Origin: Cyanophora paradoxa CCMP329
Taxonomy: Eukaryota > Plantae > Glaucophyta
Assembly (NCBI GenBank): GCA_004431415.1
Contig: QPMI01000537.1
Location: 34,622-98,621 of the forward strand
Direction: 5' to 3'
DNA: 64,000 nt
Under the pieces are notes generated by a model. That model did not search any database. It was not told the origin of the DNA and saw nothing but the letters and a program-made list of their open reading frames with translations. Positions 1 to 12,280 of the stretch are shown here, one piece after another (position 1 is the stretch's first letter; the number at the start of each line of letters is the position of its first letter). Made by a program: the position numbers and the translations under genes.

Positions 1-287
1 GTAGTCCGCCATTGCGGTAAAGCCATTGCGGTCCGGCTCCAGGGCTGCAGATGTTGTACCCCTGAGCCCTCGGAGGTTGTCACTGTGGCGTCGGCAGAGG
101 GGCCGCTGGTCGGTGCAGCTGGCTGCCGCCGCCACCCAACTCTCGTGCAGCCCAAAATAAAGTTTTTCCCTGGCCTTCCGGGCAGGTGCAGCTGCAGCTC
201 TGTACGTGCAGGGGGCTTCGCGTGCATGCGCTGAGTGCAAAGGGGCTTCGGCGGTTTCTCGGCATCGTCGCCACGCGCATCCTGCGC

Positions 288-3200
288 GTCCCCTCGCCTC
301 CTCGACTCCCCGCAGAGGCGCCGCGCGGCCTCCTGCGGCGGGGCGCGCAGCGGGCGCGCGGGGGGCGCGGGCGGGGCTGCACGGCTCGCTCGGCGGCGGT
401 GGAGGGCGTCGGCGGCGCCCCGGCGTCGTCCCGTCGCCTCCTCGGCTCCCCGCGGCGGCGCCGCGCGGCCTCCTGCGTCGGGGCGCGCGCGGGCTCGGGG
501 GGGCGCGGGCGGGGCTGCACGGGCTCGCTCGGCGGCGGTGGAGGGCGTCGGCGGCGCCCGGCGTCGTCCCGTCGCCTCCTCGGCTCCCCGCGGCGGCGCC
601 GCGCGGCCTCCTGCGTCGGGGCGCGCGGCGGGCTCGGGGGGCGCGGGCGGGGCTGCACGGGCTCGCTCGGCGGCGGTGGAGGGCGTCGGCGGCGCCCCGG
701 CGTCGTCCCTCGCCTCCTCGGCTCCCCGCGGCGGCGCCGCGCGGCCTCCTGCGGCGGGGCGCGCGGCGGGCTCGGGGGGGCGCGGGCGGGGCTGCACGGG
801 CTCGCTCGGCGGCGGTGGAGGGCGTCGGCGGCGCCCCGGCGTCGTCCCGTCGCCTCCTCGGCTCCCCGCGGCGGCGCCGCGCGGCTCCTGCGTCGGGGCG
901 CGCGGCGGGCTCGGGGGGGCGCGGGCGGGGCTGCACGGGCTCGCTCGGCGGCGGTGGAGGGCGTCGGCGGCGCCCCGGCGTCGTCCCGTCGCCTCCTCGG
1001 CCCCCGCGGCGGCGCCGCGCGGCCTCCTGCGGCGGGGCGCGCGGCGGGCTCGGGGGGGGCGCGGGCGAGGCTGCACGGGCTCGCTCGGCGGCGGTGGAGG
1101 GCGTCGGCGGCGCCCCGGCTTCGTCCCCTCGCCTCCTCGGCTCCCCCGGCGGCGCCGCGCGGCCTCCTGCGGCGGGGCGCGCGGCGGGCTCGAGGGGGCG
1201 CGGGCGGGGCTGCACGGGCTCGCTCGGCGGCGGTGGAGGGCGTTGGCGGCGCCCCGGCTTCGTCCCGTCGCCTCCTCGGCTCCCCGCGGCGGCGCCGCGC
1301 GGCCTCCTGCGTCGGGGCACGCGGCGGGCTCGGGGGGGCGCGGGCGGGGCTGCACGGGCTCGCTCGGCGGCGGTGGAGGGCGTCGGCGGCGCCCGGCGTC
1401 GTCCCGTCGCCTCCTCGGCTCCCCGCGGCGGCGCCGCGCGGCCTCCTGCGTCGGGGCGCGCGGCGGGCTCGGGGGGGCGCGGGCGGGGCTGCACGGGCTC
1501 GCTCGGCGGCGGTGGAGGGCGTCGGCGGCGCCCCGGCGTCGTCCCGTCGCCTCCTCGGCTCCCCGCGGCGGCGCCGCGCGGCCTCCTGCGTCGGGGCGCG
1601 CGGCGGGCTCGGGGGGGCGCGGGCGGGGCTGCACGGGCTCGCTCGGCGGCGGTGGAGGGCGTCGGCGGCGCCCCGGCGTCGTCCCCTCGCCTCCTCGGCT
1701 CCCGCGGCGGCGCCGCGCGGCCTCCTGCGGCGGGGCGCGCGGCGGGCTCGGGGGGGCGCGGGCGGGGCTGCACGGGCTCGCTCGGCGGCGGTGGAGGGCG
1801 TCGGCGGCGCCCCGGCGTCGTCCCGTCGCCTCCTCGGCTCCCCGCGGCGGCGCCGCGCGGCCTCCTGCGTCGGGGCGCGCGGCGGGCTCGGGGGGGCGCG
1901 GGCGGGGCTGCACGGGCTCGCTCGGCGGCGGTGGAGGGCGTCGGCGGCGCCCCGGCGTCGTCCCGTCGCCTCCTCGGCCCCCGCGGCGGCGCCGCGCGGC
2001 CTCCTGCGGCGGGGCGCGCGGCGGGCTCGGGGGGGCGCGGGCGAGGCTGCACGGGCTCGCTCGGCGGCGGTGGAGGGCGTCGGCGGCGCCCCGGCTTCGT
2101 CCCCTCGCCTCCTCGGCTCCCCCGGCGGCGCCGCGCGGCCTCCTGCGGCGGGGCGCGCGGCGGGCTCGAGGGGGCGCGGGCGGGGCTGCACGGGCTCGCT
2201 CGGCGGCGGTGGAGGGCGTTGGCGGCGCCCCGGCTTCGTCCCGTCGCCTCCTCGGCTCCCCGCGGCGGCGCCGCGCGGCCTCCTGCGGCGGGGCGCGCGG
2301 CGGGCTCGGGAGGGCGCGGGCGGGGCTGCACGGGCTCGCTCGGCGGCGGTGGAGGGCGTCGGCGGCGCCCCGGCGTCGTCCCTCGCCTCCTCGGCCCCCG
2401 CGGCGGCGCCGCGCGGCCTCCTGCGTCGGGGCGCGCGGCGGGCTCGGGGGGGCGCGGGCGGGGCTGCACGGGCTCGCTCGGCGGCGGTGGAGGGCGTCGG
2501 CGGCGCCCCGGCGTCGTCCCGTCGCCTCCTCGGCCCCCGCGGCGGCGCCGCGCGGCCTCCTGCGACGGGGCGCGCGGCGGGCTCGGGGGGGCGTGGGCGG
2601 GGCTGCACGGGCTCGCTCGGCGGCGGTGGAGGGCGTCGGCGGCGCCCCGGCGTCGTCCCGTCGCCTCCTCGGCCCCCGCGGCGGCGCCGCGCGGCCTCCT
2701 GCGGCGGGGCGCGCGGCGGGCTCGGGGAGGGCGCAGGCGGGGCTGCACGGGCTCGCTCGGCGGCGGTGGAGGGCGTCGGCGGCGCCCCGGCGTCGTCCCC
2801 TCGCCTCCTCGACTCCCGCGGCGGCGCCGCGCGGCCTCCTGCGGCGGGGCGCGCGGCGGGCTCGGGGGGGCGCGGGCGGGGCTGCACGGGCTCGCTCGGC
2901 GGCGGTGGAGGGCGTCGGCGGCGCCCCGGCGTCGTCCCGTCGCCTCCTCGGCTCCCCGCGGCGGCGCCGCGCGGCCTCCTGCGTCGGGGCGCGCGCCGGG
3001 CTCGGGGGGGCGCGGGCGGGGCTGCACGGGCTCGCTCGGCGGCGGTGGAGGGCGTCGGCGGCGCCCCGGCGTCGTCCCGTCGCCTCCTCGGCTCCCCGCG
3101 GCGGCGCCGCGCGGCCTCCTGCGTCGGGGCACGCGGCGGGCTCGGGGGGGCGCGGGCGGGGCTGCACGGGCTCGCTCGGCGGCGGTGGAGGGCGTCGGCG

Positions 3201-3625
3201 GCGCCCCGGCGTCGTCCCCTCGACTCCTCGGCTCCCCGCGGCGGCGCCGCGCGGCCTCCTGCGGCGGGGCGCGCGGCGGGCTCGGGGAGGGCGCGGGCGG
3301 GGCTGCACGGGCTCGCTCGGCGGCGGTGGAGGGCGTTGGCGGCGCCCCGGCGTCGTCCCTCGACTCCTCGGCTCCCGCGGCGGCGCCGCGCGGCCTCCTG
3401 CGGCGGGGCGCGCGGCGGGTTCGGGGAGGGCGCGGGCGGGGCTGCACGGGCTCGCTCGGCGGCGGTGGAGGGCGTTGGCGGCGCCCCGGCGTCGTCCCGT
3501 CGCCTCCTCGGCTCCCCGCGGCGGCGCCGCGTGGCCTCCTGCGTCGGGGCGCGCGGCGGGCTCGGGGGGGGCGCGGGCGGGGCTGCACGGGCTCGCTCGG
3601 CGGCGGTGGAGGGCGTTGGCGGCGC
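288..3625. repeat. GC-rich tandem array, ~139-bp unit, ~24 copies
   Basis: Unit GGGGCTGCACGGGCTCGCTCGGCGGCGGTGGAGGGCGTCGGCGGCGCCCCGGCGTCGTCCCGTCGCCTCCTCGG... recurs at ~511, 649, 788 etc. with only SNP and homopolymer variation; no unique spacers. Confidence 0.95.
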
Positions 3626-3660
3626 ACGGGGCAGGAAAAGATGCGCCCCCCGCGCCCGCG

Positions 3661-5382
3661 ATGGCGGCGCTCTCGGCGGTGACCGACACCCACGAGCTCT
3701 GCCTGTTCGAGGGGCCCTACGGCCCCGCGCGCCTCGCGGTCCTCCGCACGGACGCGGGCCCCGGCGTCTGCGTGGCCGAGCTGGCCCGCCTCGTCGGCTT
3801 CGCCGGCGACAACGCGCGGTTCGCTGCGGAGTACGGGGTCCCCGTCCGGCCGCTCGCCGACTGGAACGCCGTGCTCCTCCTCGAATGCCTCGGGGCCGTC
3901 GCCCGCGGCTTCTGCAACGCCCAGGAGCGCCCGCCGCACGTCCTCGCGCTCCGCTACGTCGAGGAGGTGGTGAGCGGCGCGTGGGAGCGCTCGGACGACG
4001 CGCGCATGCACCGGGCGGCGGCGAGCCTCTTCGCGGGCCTCGAGCGGCGGCGGCAGGCCCGCCTCGAGCGGCTCGAGATGGGCGTCCTCTGGGCCGCGGG
4101 CGCGCGGTTCCTCGCCGTGCGCGCGCGCCGCGTCGAGACGCCGGAGCTCCAGTGGTGGGTGCCCCTCGCGAGCGTCGCCCAGGCCGTCTACGGCGACTCG
4201 CGCTCCACGAACTGCGTCCGGATGGAGATCATGAGGCGCTGCCCCGACCTCGCGGTGGGCGGGCCGCACCGCTTCGAGGCGAGCACACGGACGGTGGGGC
4301 GGGAGCGGCTCGCCCTCCTCACCCGCACCCTCGTCTACTACGGCGGTCTCGGCGCCGACATCGCCGCCAACGGCTCGGCGCGCCGCTGGGCCTTCCTCTC
4401 GACACTCGGCGTCGAGAGGCTGCTCGCGGGGCTGCCGGACCGCGACGGGGCGCGCGCCGCCGCCGAGTTCAAGCGCGCCCGCCTCCTTTTCGAGGGGGCC
4501 GACCCCGCGTCGCTCGAGGGGGCCCCCTCGCTCCCGCTCGCCCCGCCCCGCCGCATCTGCCTCTTCGGGCGCAAGTCCTGGCTCACGGTGAGCGACGGGA
4601 GGCCCGCGCGCGCGCGCGAGGCGGCGGGCGCTCACCTGAGCGGCGCGCGCGCAGGACACGGAGATCGCGAACGTGATGACGCTCCAGCTGCTTCGGGCCG
4701 GCGCGGGGCGCCGGGTGGTGGCGCTGTACCCCATGCACGTCGAGATCTTCGGCTCCGTCCTCCGCCGCTACGCGCGGCTCGACGAAGCGAAGCGCGAGCG
4801 CCGACCTCTCGGGGCCGCCGAGCGGGGCGCCTGCGTCCTGTGCCCCCTGAGCCTCGGAAACTTGCGGCGCGGGGCGGAGCGTACCCCGGGATGGTCCGCG
4901 GGGGGCCACTGGTGCCTCCTCGCCGTCGACGGGGCCTCGAAGCTCGTCCGCTGGTTCGACTCGCTCGGCGGCGCGCCGGAGACGGGCCTGGAGCGCGCGG
5001 CCAAGGCCGCCTTCCCGCGGGGGGCCCCTTTGTCAGCGAGACGCGGGGCCGCCTCCAGGTCGGGGACGGGTACCAGTGCGGGCCGTGGACGCTCTGGTTC
5101 GCCGAGGCGCTCACGATGGAGGTGCTGACTTCGTTCCCGTGGTCGGACGAGATCGACAGCGGCTCCCTGGCCTACGTGCGCGCGGGTGAGCCGGTGTCGG
5201 CGGCGATCGCGGCGGAGAACGGGCGGTTCATCACGGAGAAGCGCGAGGCGTACCGCTCGCTGCTCGAGGGCGGCGTCGTGGACCAGGCCGTGGCGCTCTT
5301 CGACGAGGATTCGCTGCCGGACGCCGAGCGCGTCGTCCTCCCGCCCACCGGCGAGAGGGCGGCCCGAAAGGGCAGCAAGCCC

Positions 5383-5416
<34 letters not shown>

Positions 5417-6345
5417 GTCCGCCACCCTCGCCGTCCTCGTCCTCGGCGACCTCGTCGGTCGAGGGGGGAGGCGTCGGTCGTCAACGACGTCGGCACCGTC
5501 GCCCGCCTGCTGGGGTACGTCAATCAGCGCGAGCGGGGGATCAGGCCGCTCGACATGGGGCTGCTCACCCGCGCCGACTTTGTCAAGATCTACCTCCGCT
5601 TCCTCCGCTACCTCCGCGAGGAGCGCCGCCTCGCGCCGGGGACCCTCGCCGGGTACACGCAGAGCGTCATGCAGGCGTGCGCCTTTGTCCATGCCCGCAC
5701 GGGCGGCGAGGCGGCGGGGGCCGAGGGGCCGCACGCGAGGCCCCTCCGAACCTGAAGACGCAGCTCGAACGCGAGAAGAAGCAGCGCCGGGGGTGGAAGG
5801 GGCGGGGACCGAACTGGATCTCGCTCGAGACGGTGCTGAAGGCGCGGTCCGACGCCCTCGCGGCGCACGAGGCGGCGCCGCTCCCCATCGACAAGGCCAA
5901 GGCCCTCCGGGAAGCGATCCTGATCGGGTTCTTGAGCATCACGCCGGCGCGGGTCGGCGTCGTGAGGCGCCTGCGCATCGGTCAGACGCTGCGGCGCGAC
6001 GGCGGGGCCTGGGCGATCTCGCTCACCGAGATGCGGCACGAGACGGGGGAGCTGGTGTCGAAGACGGCCAAATCGCACGGCGCCATCGTCTTGCCGGTGG
6101 CGGGGCCGCTGCAGGGGCCGCTCGAGGCGTACGTCTCCAAGTACCGGCGCCTCCTCCTCCCCGAGGGCGGCGCCGACGAGGGCTGGCTCTTCGCCTCCTC
6201 CTCCGGCGGCTGCCTCTCCGAGTCCGGGTGGGCCGTCTTCTGCCGCAAGGTCGGCGCCCCGCCGCGCGCACGGGGCCCCGCGGCCGGGCTCACGCGTTCG
6301 GACCATGATCAGGTGATGGTCAAGTACACGGGGGTCCCCGCTGCC
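3661..6345 (+). mobile_element. Multi-domain gene: Bro-N-like repeats + Ulp1/SENP (C48) cysteine protease + tyrosine recombinase; 3'-truncated; Crypton/virus-like element
   Basis: Bro-N-like motifs (CVAELARLVGF; WWVPLASVAQAVY; AFLSTLGVERLL...AAEFKR). After the GT-AG intron at 4588-4654: WLTDTEIAN, GHWCLLAVD, WFDSLG, QVGDGYQCG (C48 His/Asp/Gln/Cys motifs). Integrase N-terminal motif FLRYLREERRLAPGTLAGY; catalytic-domain motifs ITPARVGVVRRL and SKTAKSHG, then WLF. Second intron 6250-6312. Frame shifts near 5020, 5465 and 5740; HxxR and catalytic Tyr not found. Confidence 0.75.
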
Positions 6346-7165
6346 GGGCGCGCGCGAGGCGCCCGAAAGTGCTGTACTACGTCCGGAAAGAGCGTTGGTC
6401 ATGCTAGCCGGTCGGCGGACGTGACAGATGCGCCGCTGGTCTGAGGCTCGGTGGCTGACGATTCTGTCAGAACCAGCTGCCCGGTTGCGCAGGTTAAGAG
6501 AGTGAGTAGCAGGTCAATGTTTACCAAGAGCGTTCAAGCCGCCGCGCGCTGGTTCCGCTGGGACCTCGCGCTGAAGCTGCCTATAGCTAGGAAACTTGGC
6601 TAGCTATAGCTAGTTATTTTGCTTTTTTGTCTTTATGCCCCCTGGGCAGCCCCCGCAGTGCTGGTGTCTAGAGACTGTGGCCGGTAATTCACCAAAAAAA
6701 AATATAGCTAGCGCTCCCTGGCAAAAGGGACTTGAACTTTTCTGTACCCCCCAAAATGGAAAGTCGCGTCATTTCGAGTCTCAGAGAGTCTTGAAGCCTT
6801 GAAGCCCTATAGCTAGGCCTGTGTGAAGCCCTGTGGTTGCACATTGATAACACTGGCATACTAGCCGCGGACAACGCAGGCTAGAAGCGGCGGTGCTACC
6901 TACGGGGGCGAGAAGCCGCGGACGACGCAGGCAGGGCCCTCTGAAGGGGGGCGTGCACTCCCCCTGGGGTTCCTACAAACTACGAGCCTCGGAGGCCCTG
7001 AGGGGGACTCCGGGACGAGGGGGGGAGCTCGAGGCCTGCCGCGGCGGGGCCCGCAGGCGAAGACGGAGGAGCTAGGCCTAGGGAGGAAGCCGGGGCGCCG
7101 GCCGCCGCCGGGGCATGCGCAGCTGCAGCCGGCGCCGGATCGGAGAGCGGGGCGGGGCTCCCGGC

Positions 7166-7860
7166 GGGGTCAAGCCCTTGGCCGGCGCCGGCGCCGGGCT
7201 TGCGGCAATCGCATGCCTGAGGGGGGGGTACCCTTCCGCATGCCCTTAACAAAAGCTTAGCTAGCGCTTACTAAGTTAAGCTTAAGCTTGGCGCTGTATA
7301 TGTACATGTACATGTACTACGGTAGCGAACCCACCCTTTAATTTCCAGCCTTTGCCGCCTTTTCACTGGGCCAGACCCACGGATCATCGGATGCTCTTGC
7401 AAAATTGCCGCCTTTCCAGACCCACGACGGAAGCTTTCTCGCCTTGATGACCCACTGCTCCTGTGGCACTGCGGCATGCATATGGGGCGGAACTCCGCCG
7501 GCGCCGCCGCTGCTGCTGACGTGTCGACGTCGACGTCGACGTCGCCCTCATGATCATCGCCTTCGAATTCGCTGGGCGGAGATCTAGAGCTCCGAGGCTC
7601 GAAGAGCTCGCTGCAGCTGCAGGCTGCCGTTGAAACGAGATGTTGCCGTCGGCCCCCTTGCCGATCAGCGTCTGCACGCTCTTGCTCTTGGGCGGCATGC
7701 CGCTGGCCTTAAGATTGCGAACGCAGGCTTCGGCCCCCCTCCCCCCCCCCCCCCCCCCCCCCCCCCCGCCAGGGCTTGAGCCGGCTTGAGCCGGCCAAAA
7801 GCCGGGCAAGGGCTTGACCCCCCAGCCCGGCTCAAGCCCTTGGCTCAAGGGCTTGACCGC
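7166..7860. repeat. Cluster of inverted/direct GGGCTTGA / TCAAGCCC motifs, probable DNA-transposon remnant
   Basis: GGGGTCAAGCCCTTG (7166-7180) is the reverse complement of 7807-7821; AGGGCTTGAGCCGG (~7771) is inverted to CCGGCTCAAGCCCT (~7827). Confidence 0.4.
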
Positions 7861-7988
7861 AAGCCGCAGGCCTAGTAGCCACCATGGCCAAGCGAGGTCT
7901 AGGGCTAGGAATTCGAAGTAGCTCTCAAAATGGTATACGTATACCCATCTTAGTTCTTCAATGACGTATACCCGTCCACGGCTTCAAG

Positions 7989-10860
7989 TCCACAATTTAA
8001 GCGAACAGCGCAGGCCCAGATTCGAGCGCAGGCCCGTCCCGAAGCACATCTTCACGGCGACGCGGATCCACCGCATCGGATTTGCGGAGCTCATCGGGGA
8101 CGCGCTGAAGTCCTTCCCAATCATCGCCCGCGGCGTGTTTGCGGATGACCGCTCGCCGCCGCTGTTCGAGGTCACGAACGCGCGGCTCCTCGGCCCGGTG
8201 GGAGACGCCCGCCGCGCCAAAGTGCTCTCCGTGGCGGCGAACCGCAGGGACCTGCGCCTGTGCGTGGATGGATATGCAGAGCAGTTTTTGCGCCCTCTCT
8301 GATTCAGATGCGCAGCTACGTGTTGTACACGGACGGCTGGCTCGAGGCGTACGACGCGGCGCTCCTGCGGCGGGTCTGGGGCGTGCAGGCGTTCGCCTTG
8401 AAGGGCCAGCAGCTCCCGCGGCACCGGTGCGAGCAGGCCGGCACCGAGCTAGCGTCGGTTAGGTAAGGCCCCTGCAGCGTGGTGGAGGCGGACGAGGCGA
8501 CGGGCCTCATCATCGTCAACACATGCTTCATGGACGAGCATGTGCGTTGGGAGGAGAGCTTCGGTCAGCTCCTCTGAGCTCACCCTTCTCTCAGATCCGC
8601 TTCTACGAGCCTGTGGCGGGCCGCATGGCGTACCGCATCGAGCCGAAGCTGACGCTGCCGGCGCCGCCCTCGGCGACGACGACGCCGCCGAGCACGGGCC
8701 GGGCGCGCCCCACTGAGGCCAAGGCGAACCGCTACGCGTCGGCGATCCAGCGGATGTTCCGCAAGCACCTGGCGCGAAGTGGGAGGAGCGCATGCGCTGC
8801 CTCGTCAGCGGCGGCGGCGGCGCGGCTGGGGCCGACGAGGGCCCGGATGGCGGCCTCGTGGACTCGACGGTGCGCGTGTGGGACGTCGAGGGGGAGCTGC
8901 GGAAGCCGCTGGCGGTGGGGGAGCAGCGCACGACGCCGCGCTGCAAGGCGGCGCGGGTGCTGCAGGGCCACACGCGGGCCGTCACGGGCGTCGCGTACCT
9001 GCCGCGCTCGGCCCTCGTCGTCTCGGCGTCGCTGGACCGCTCCATCCGCTTCTGGGACCCGATGGCCCGCCCCCACGCCCTCACCATCCCCGAAGCCCCG
9101 CCGTGCGCGCCCCCTGAGGGCTTCTTCCTTCTCGCGCTGATCCCATCTCAGGCACGTCCGCGTCTGGCCGGGCTACTATGAGCCACTGAAGATGGAGTGG
9201 ACCAACAGCAACCAGGTCCGCCTCCGTTGTCTCTGCCGCGCCGCCCCCGCCAAACGCTCCTCCCCACAGCCCTTCAGCGAGTGCCTGAAGCTCACCACGG
9301 CCCACGTCGCCCACGTGCGCGCCTCCCCTCCTCTACACCCGCGCCTCTAACCCCCCGCAGCGGCTGGAGGCGGTGGCGTGCCCGCTGACGGCGAGCGGGG
9401 AGGACCCGTCGGCGGTCTTCGAGGTGCTGCTGGCGTCGACGCGGGACCCCGTGCTGGGCGCCAAGAAGAGCGCCGTCTGCGCGTGGATCGTCTCCGGCAA
9501 CGAGGTCACCGTCGAGGCGCACCGCTTCGACGACCCCGCCAAGCAGGAGGTCCTCGACGAGTGCGAGGAGTTCGCCCTCCGCGACTGGCACCGCCTCCTC
9601 GTCCGCTACTCGGGCGTCGCCACGCGGGCGCTGCAGGACGCCGGCGAGGCCGACCTGCGTCGCGAGGCCCGCCGCCAGCTGCTGGACAGCGCCTTCCGCA
9701 GCGCGTGGCTCGACCGCGGCGGGCCGCACGCGGCGCTCCGGCCTGACGCCCTCCAGCGGATCTTCTCGCTGGCGCAGGAGAAGGCCGCGGGGCTCTACCG
9801 CCGCTCGGCGCAGCCGCACCTCTCGGCGGACGAGGCCTACCGCCTGCTGGTCGACCACGGGCACTTCACGGGCCGCAACCTCGCGACGCCCAGCGCCTTC
9901 TGCCGCTTCCTCCACCCGCTCCTCGCCCCCGAGAGCCGCACCGCGGCGGCCGCCGCCGCGGAGATCGCCGCCAAGCAGGGCCGGCCCTCCGCGGGCGCCC
10001 CCAGGAGCTTCAAGACCTCCCTCATCCCCGCCTCCTGTGCGTTTTCAACTCTCTCTCGTCTGCTCCGCGGCTCACCCTCGCGCAGCGGAGGTGGCGGGGG
10101 CGACGAAGACCTCGCTGGAGGCGGCCGTGCACTCCCTCGGCATGCCGCAGCCGCGTGCTGGACGACCTCGACGCGGAGGCCGCCGCCTCACCGGACGGCC
10201 GCGTCAACCCGGACACCTTTGCCCGCGCTGATGCTCCCTTTATGCTCTGTTCTTTCTACTTCTCGCTTAAGTGTCCGCAGTCGGGGCGATGGGCGAGCTG
10301 CTGACGGGCGCGGCGCCCGCCGGCGACGACGGTCTCGGCCCGGGCGAGCGTGAGCAGGCCCGCGTCCTCCGCGCCGTCTTCGAGGGGTACAATCTATTCT
10401 TAGAGATGAGATACGTACCCCCTGACGGCCCGCAGGCGGATGCTGGACCGGCCAGGCAGGTCAGGTGCCTAGCCCCCGACCTGCCTGGCCGGACCTATCC
10501 GAGTAAATTTTTTTTCTGGTGGTCAGGTGCCTGCGGCAGCGCAGCCCCGGGGCCTCGGCGGCGCCCCTCTCCCTCCTCGCTGGCTCGACCCGCAGGCGGC
10601 GGGCCCCCATTGCCTCGACAGACTGGCGCCGCCGCCTCGACGGACTGGGGCTGGGGCCTCGCCCCCCGCGGCTACCCCGACCCGCACCTGCTCGTGCACC
10701 CGCGGCCGTGGCGGCGCGTGGGGCGGGTGCTTCCCGCCGTGGACGAGGCGCGGCGGGGCTGGCTGCCCCCCGAGATGGACGACGCCGCCGCCTACATGCT
10801 CGACTGGCTCCTCACTCGAGCTCTCTACGACGACTTCTGCGACGGGTCTACGGCCTCCAG
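7989..10860 (+). CDS. WD40-repeat protein with IQ motif (multi-exon, 5' part apparently missing, boundaries approximate)
   Basis: VDSTVRVWDV and LQGHTRAVTGVAYLPRSALVVSASLDRSIRFWDP (WD40); SAIQRMFRKHLAR (IQ-like); possible EF-hand-like DLDAEA...DGRVN; GT-AG introns. Confidence 0.7.
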
Positions 10861-11285
10861 ACATCAACTTTGTCCTTTTCTCATAAGAGTTTAGGTTGCA
10901 GGACATGTCGTCGCCGTTTGCGCCCTTCATGGAGCCGATCGTACACATCGTGAGGCCTCCCCCCCCCTCCCAAAAAAATTTGCTCGGATAGGTCCGGCCA
11001 GCCAGGGAGGGGGTTTCCCCCCTCCCCGCGCGCCGCTGTTTCCAGCGGCTCGGCCGGACCGGTCTCCCCCCCCCTCCCCTCCTCGCGCAGTCCTCCCCGC
11101 GCGCCTCACCCTCTGCTGTGAGAATTCGAAGGTGCCCTCAGCTTCTTTCGAGGTTCAGCTTTCGTGACTTCACCAGGTCCTCTGGCGCCGGCAGCCCCCT
11201 CCCCGATCTGCGCATGTCAGGCTGTTATAGACTGCTGTTATTGTACAAGTCAAAAACTACACTACATCCATATCCCTATTCCTGG

Positions 11286-12210
11286 TCATCTCGAGTCTCG
11301 CGTCGCTTCTGGCGGCGTCCGAAGACGAGTGACCAGGGGATCACGAAGAGACCGAGGGCTTTCTGGAGGACTACCAGCAAAAATCTGAGAGGAATCGCAA
11401 CGAAGGCTAGGGAGCTGGTCAGCTATGGCAACAGATAGAACGCGCTCTGTGAGGGCTACAAAAGGCTCGAAGCCGAATATGCGAGAGAATGCGTGAAGCC
11501 ACTCAGCTCGAAACCCCCATTCGCTACTTTCTAGTGGCCACCGTTTGAAGAATACACTTTGAGGCTTGTTGCTCGCGGCCTGAAACACGTGGCCGAACGC
11601 GTCCAGGATAAGAGACACAACGCCCAGTATTGCAATCATGCTCCTGGACCGTCGCTGTCCGGATGGATGCGGTAAGACAGCTCGACTAAGAGACGAGTGA
11701 TCGGAAGAAGACGCGCCTGCACGACGTGGAAAAGGGGCGCACCGGCACCAAGTACAGTGAGTATCACACCACATGCAGAGGGACAAGACAGTCGCGCACC
11801 ATCGTCTTCTTCACGCCCTTCTTCTCGGCCGTTTCGACGAGGGACATCACCCCATTCACATCACCGGATTGAACGAGCCGCATCACCTCCTCCGCCTTCG
11901 CACCGATCAGAAACGACGCTAGACGGGCGATGGGCGAAGAGCTTACCTGAGAACTTGTGTCCTCCTCTTTACCGCGACCGCTGCTAGTGCCGCCCGAATC
12001 CGGGCGACCGCCGCGGCCGCCAGTGCCGCCAGTGTTCGCCGCCAGGGCGACCGGCAGCGAAGAGCGTGCAGGAGCGAGTCCGCGGGACGGAGCCGCAAGG
12101 AATATGCGCATGCGATCGCCTGGTGCTCCGAGGAAATTCGAAGAAGCGAAGGAATGGGTGCGGAACAGCGCTATATAGCTAGCTGCAGCTGCAGGACGTC
12201 GACTAGCCAT
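11286..12210 (-). CDS. Hypothetical protein, possibly with an N-terminal targeting peptide; exon structure uncertain
   Basis: ATG at 12210, Ser/Ala/Arg-rich N-terminus, GTAAG donor near 11947, protein-like downstream segments (MIAILGVVSLILDAFGHVF...). Confidence 0.3.
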
Positions 12211-12280
12211 GGTCAATCTGGTCTGGTCTGGACCGTCTGGTACCGGTCGATCTGGTTCGAGCGCATGTCTTCCCCCCCCC

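Noticed and set aside
288-3625. CRISPR-like or integron-cassette array next to a recombinase
   Set aside because: No unique spacers or cassettes between units and no cas genes; it is a plain tandem repeat
80-6444. Giant ORFs of 935-2069 aa over the tandem array
   Set aside because: Open in several frames on both strands because the GC-rich repeat lacks stops; only the part from 3661 has recognisable domains
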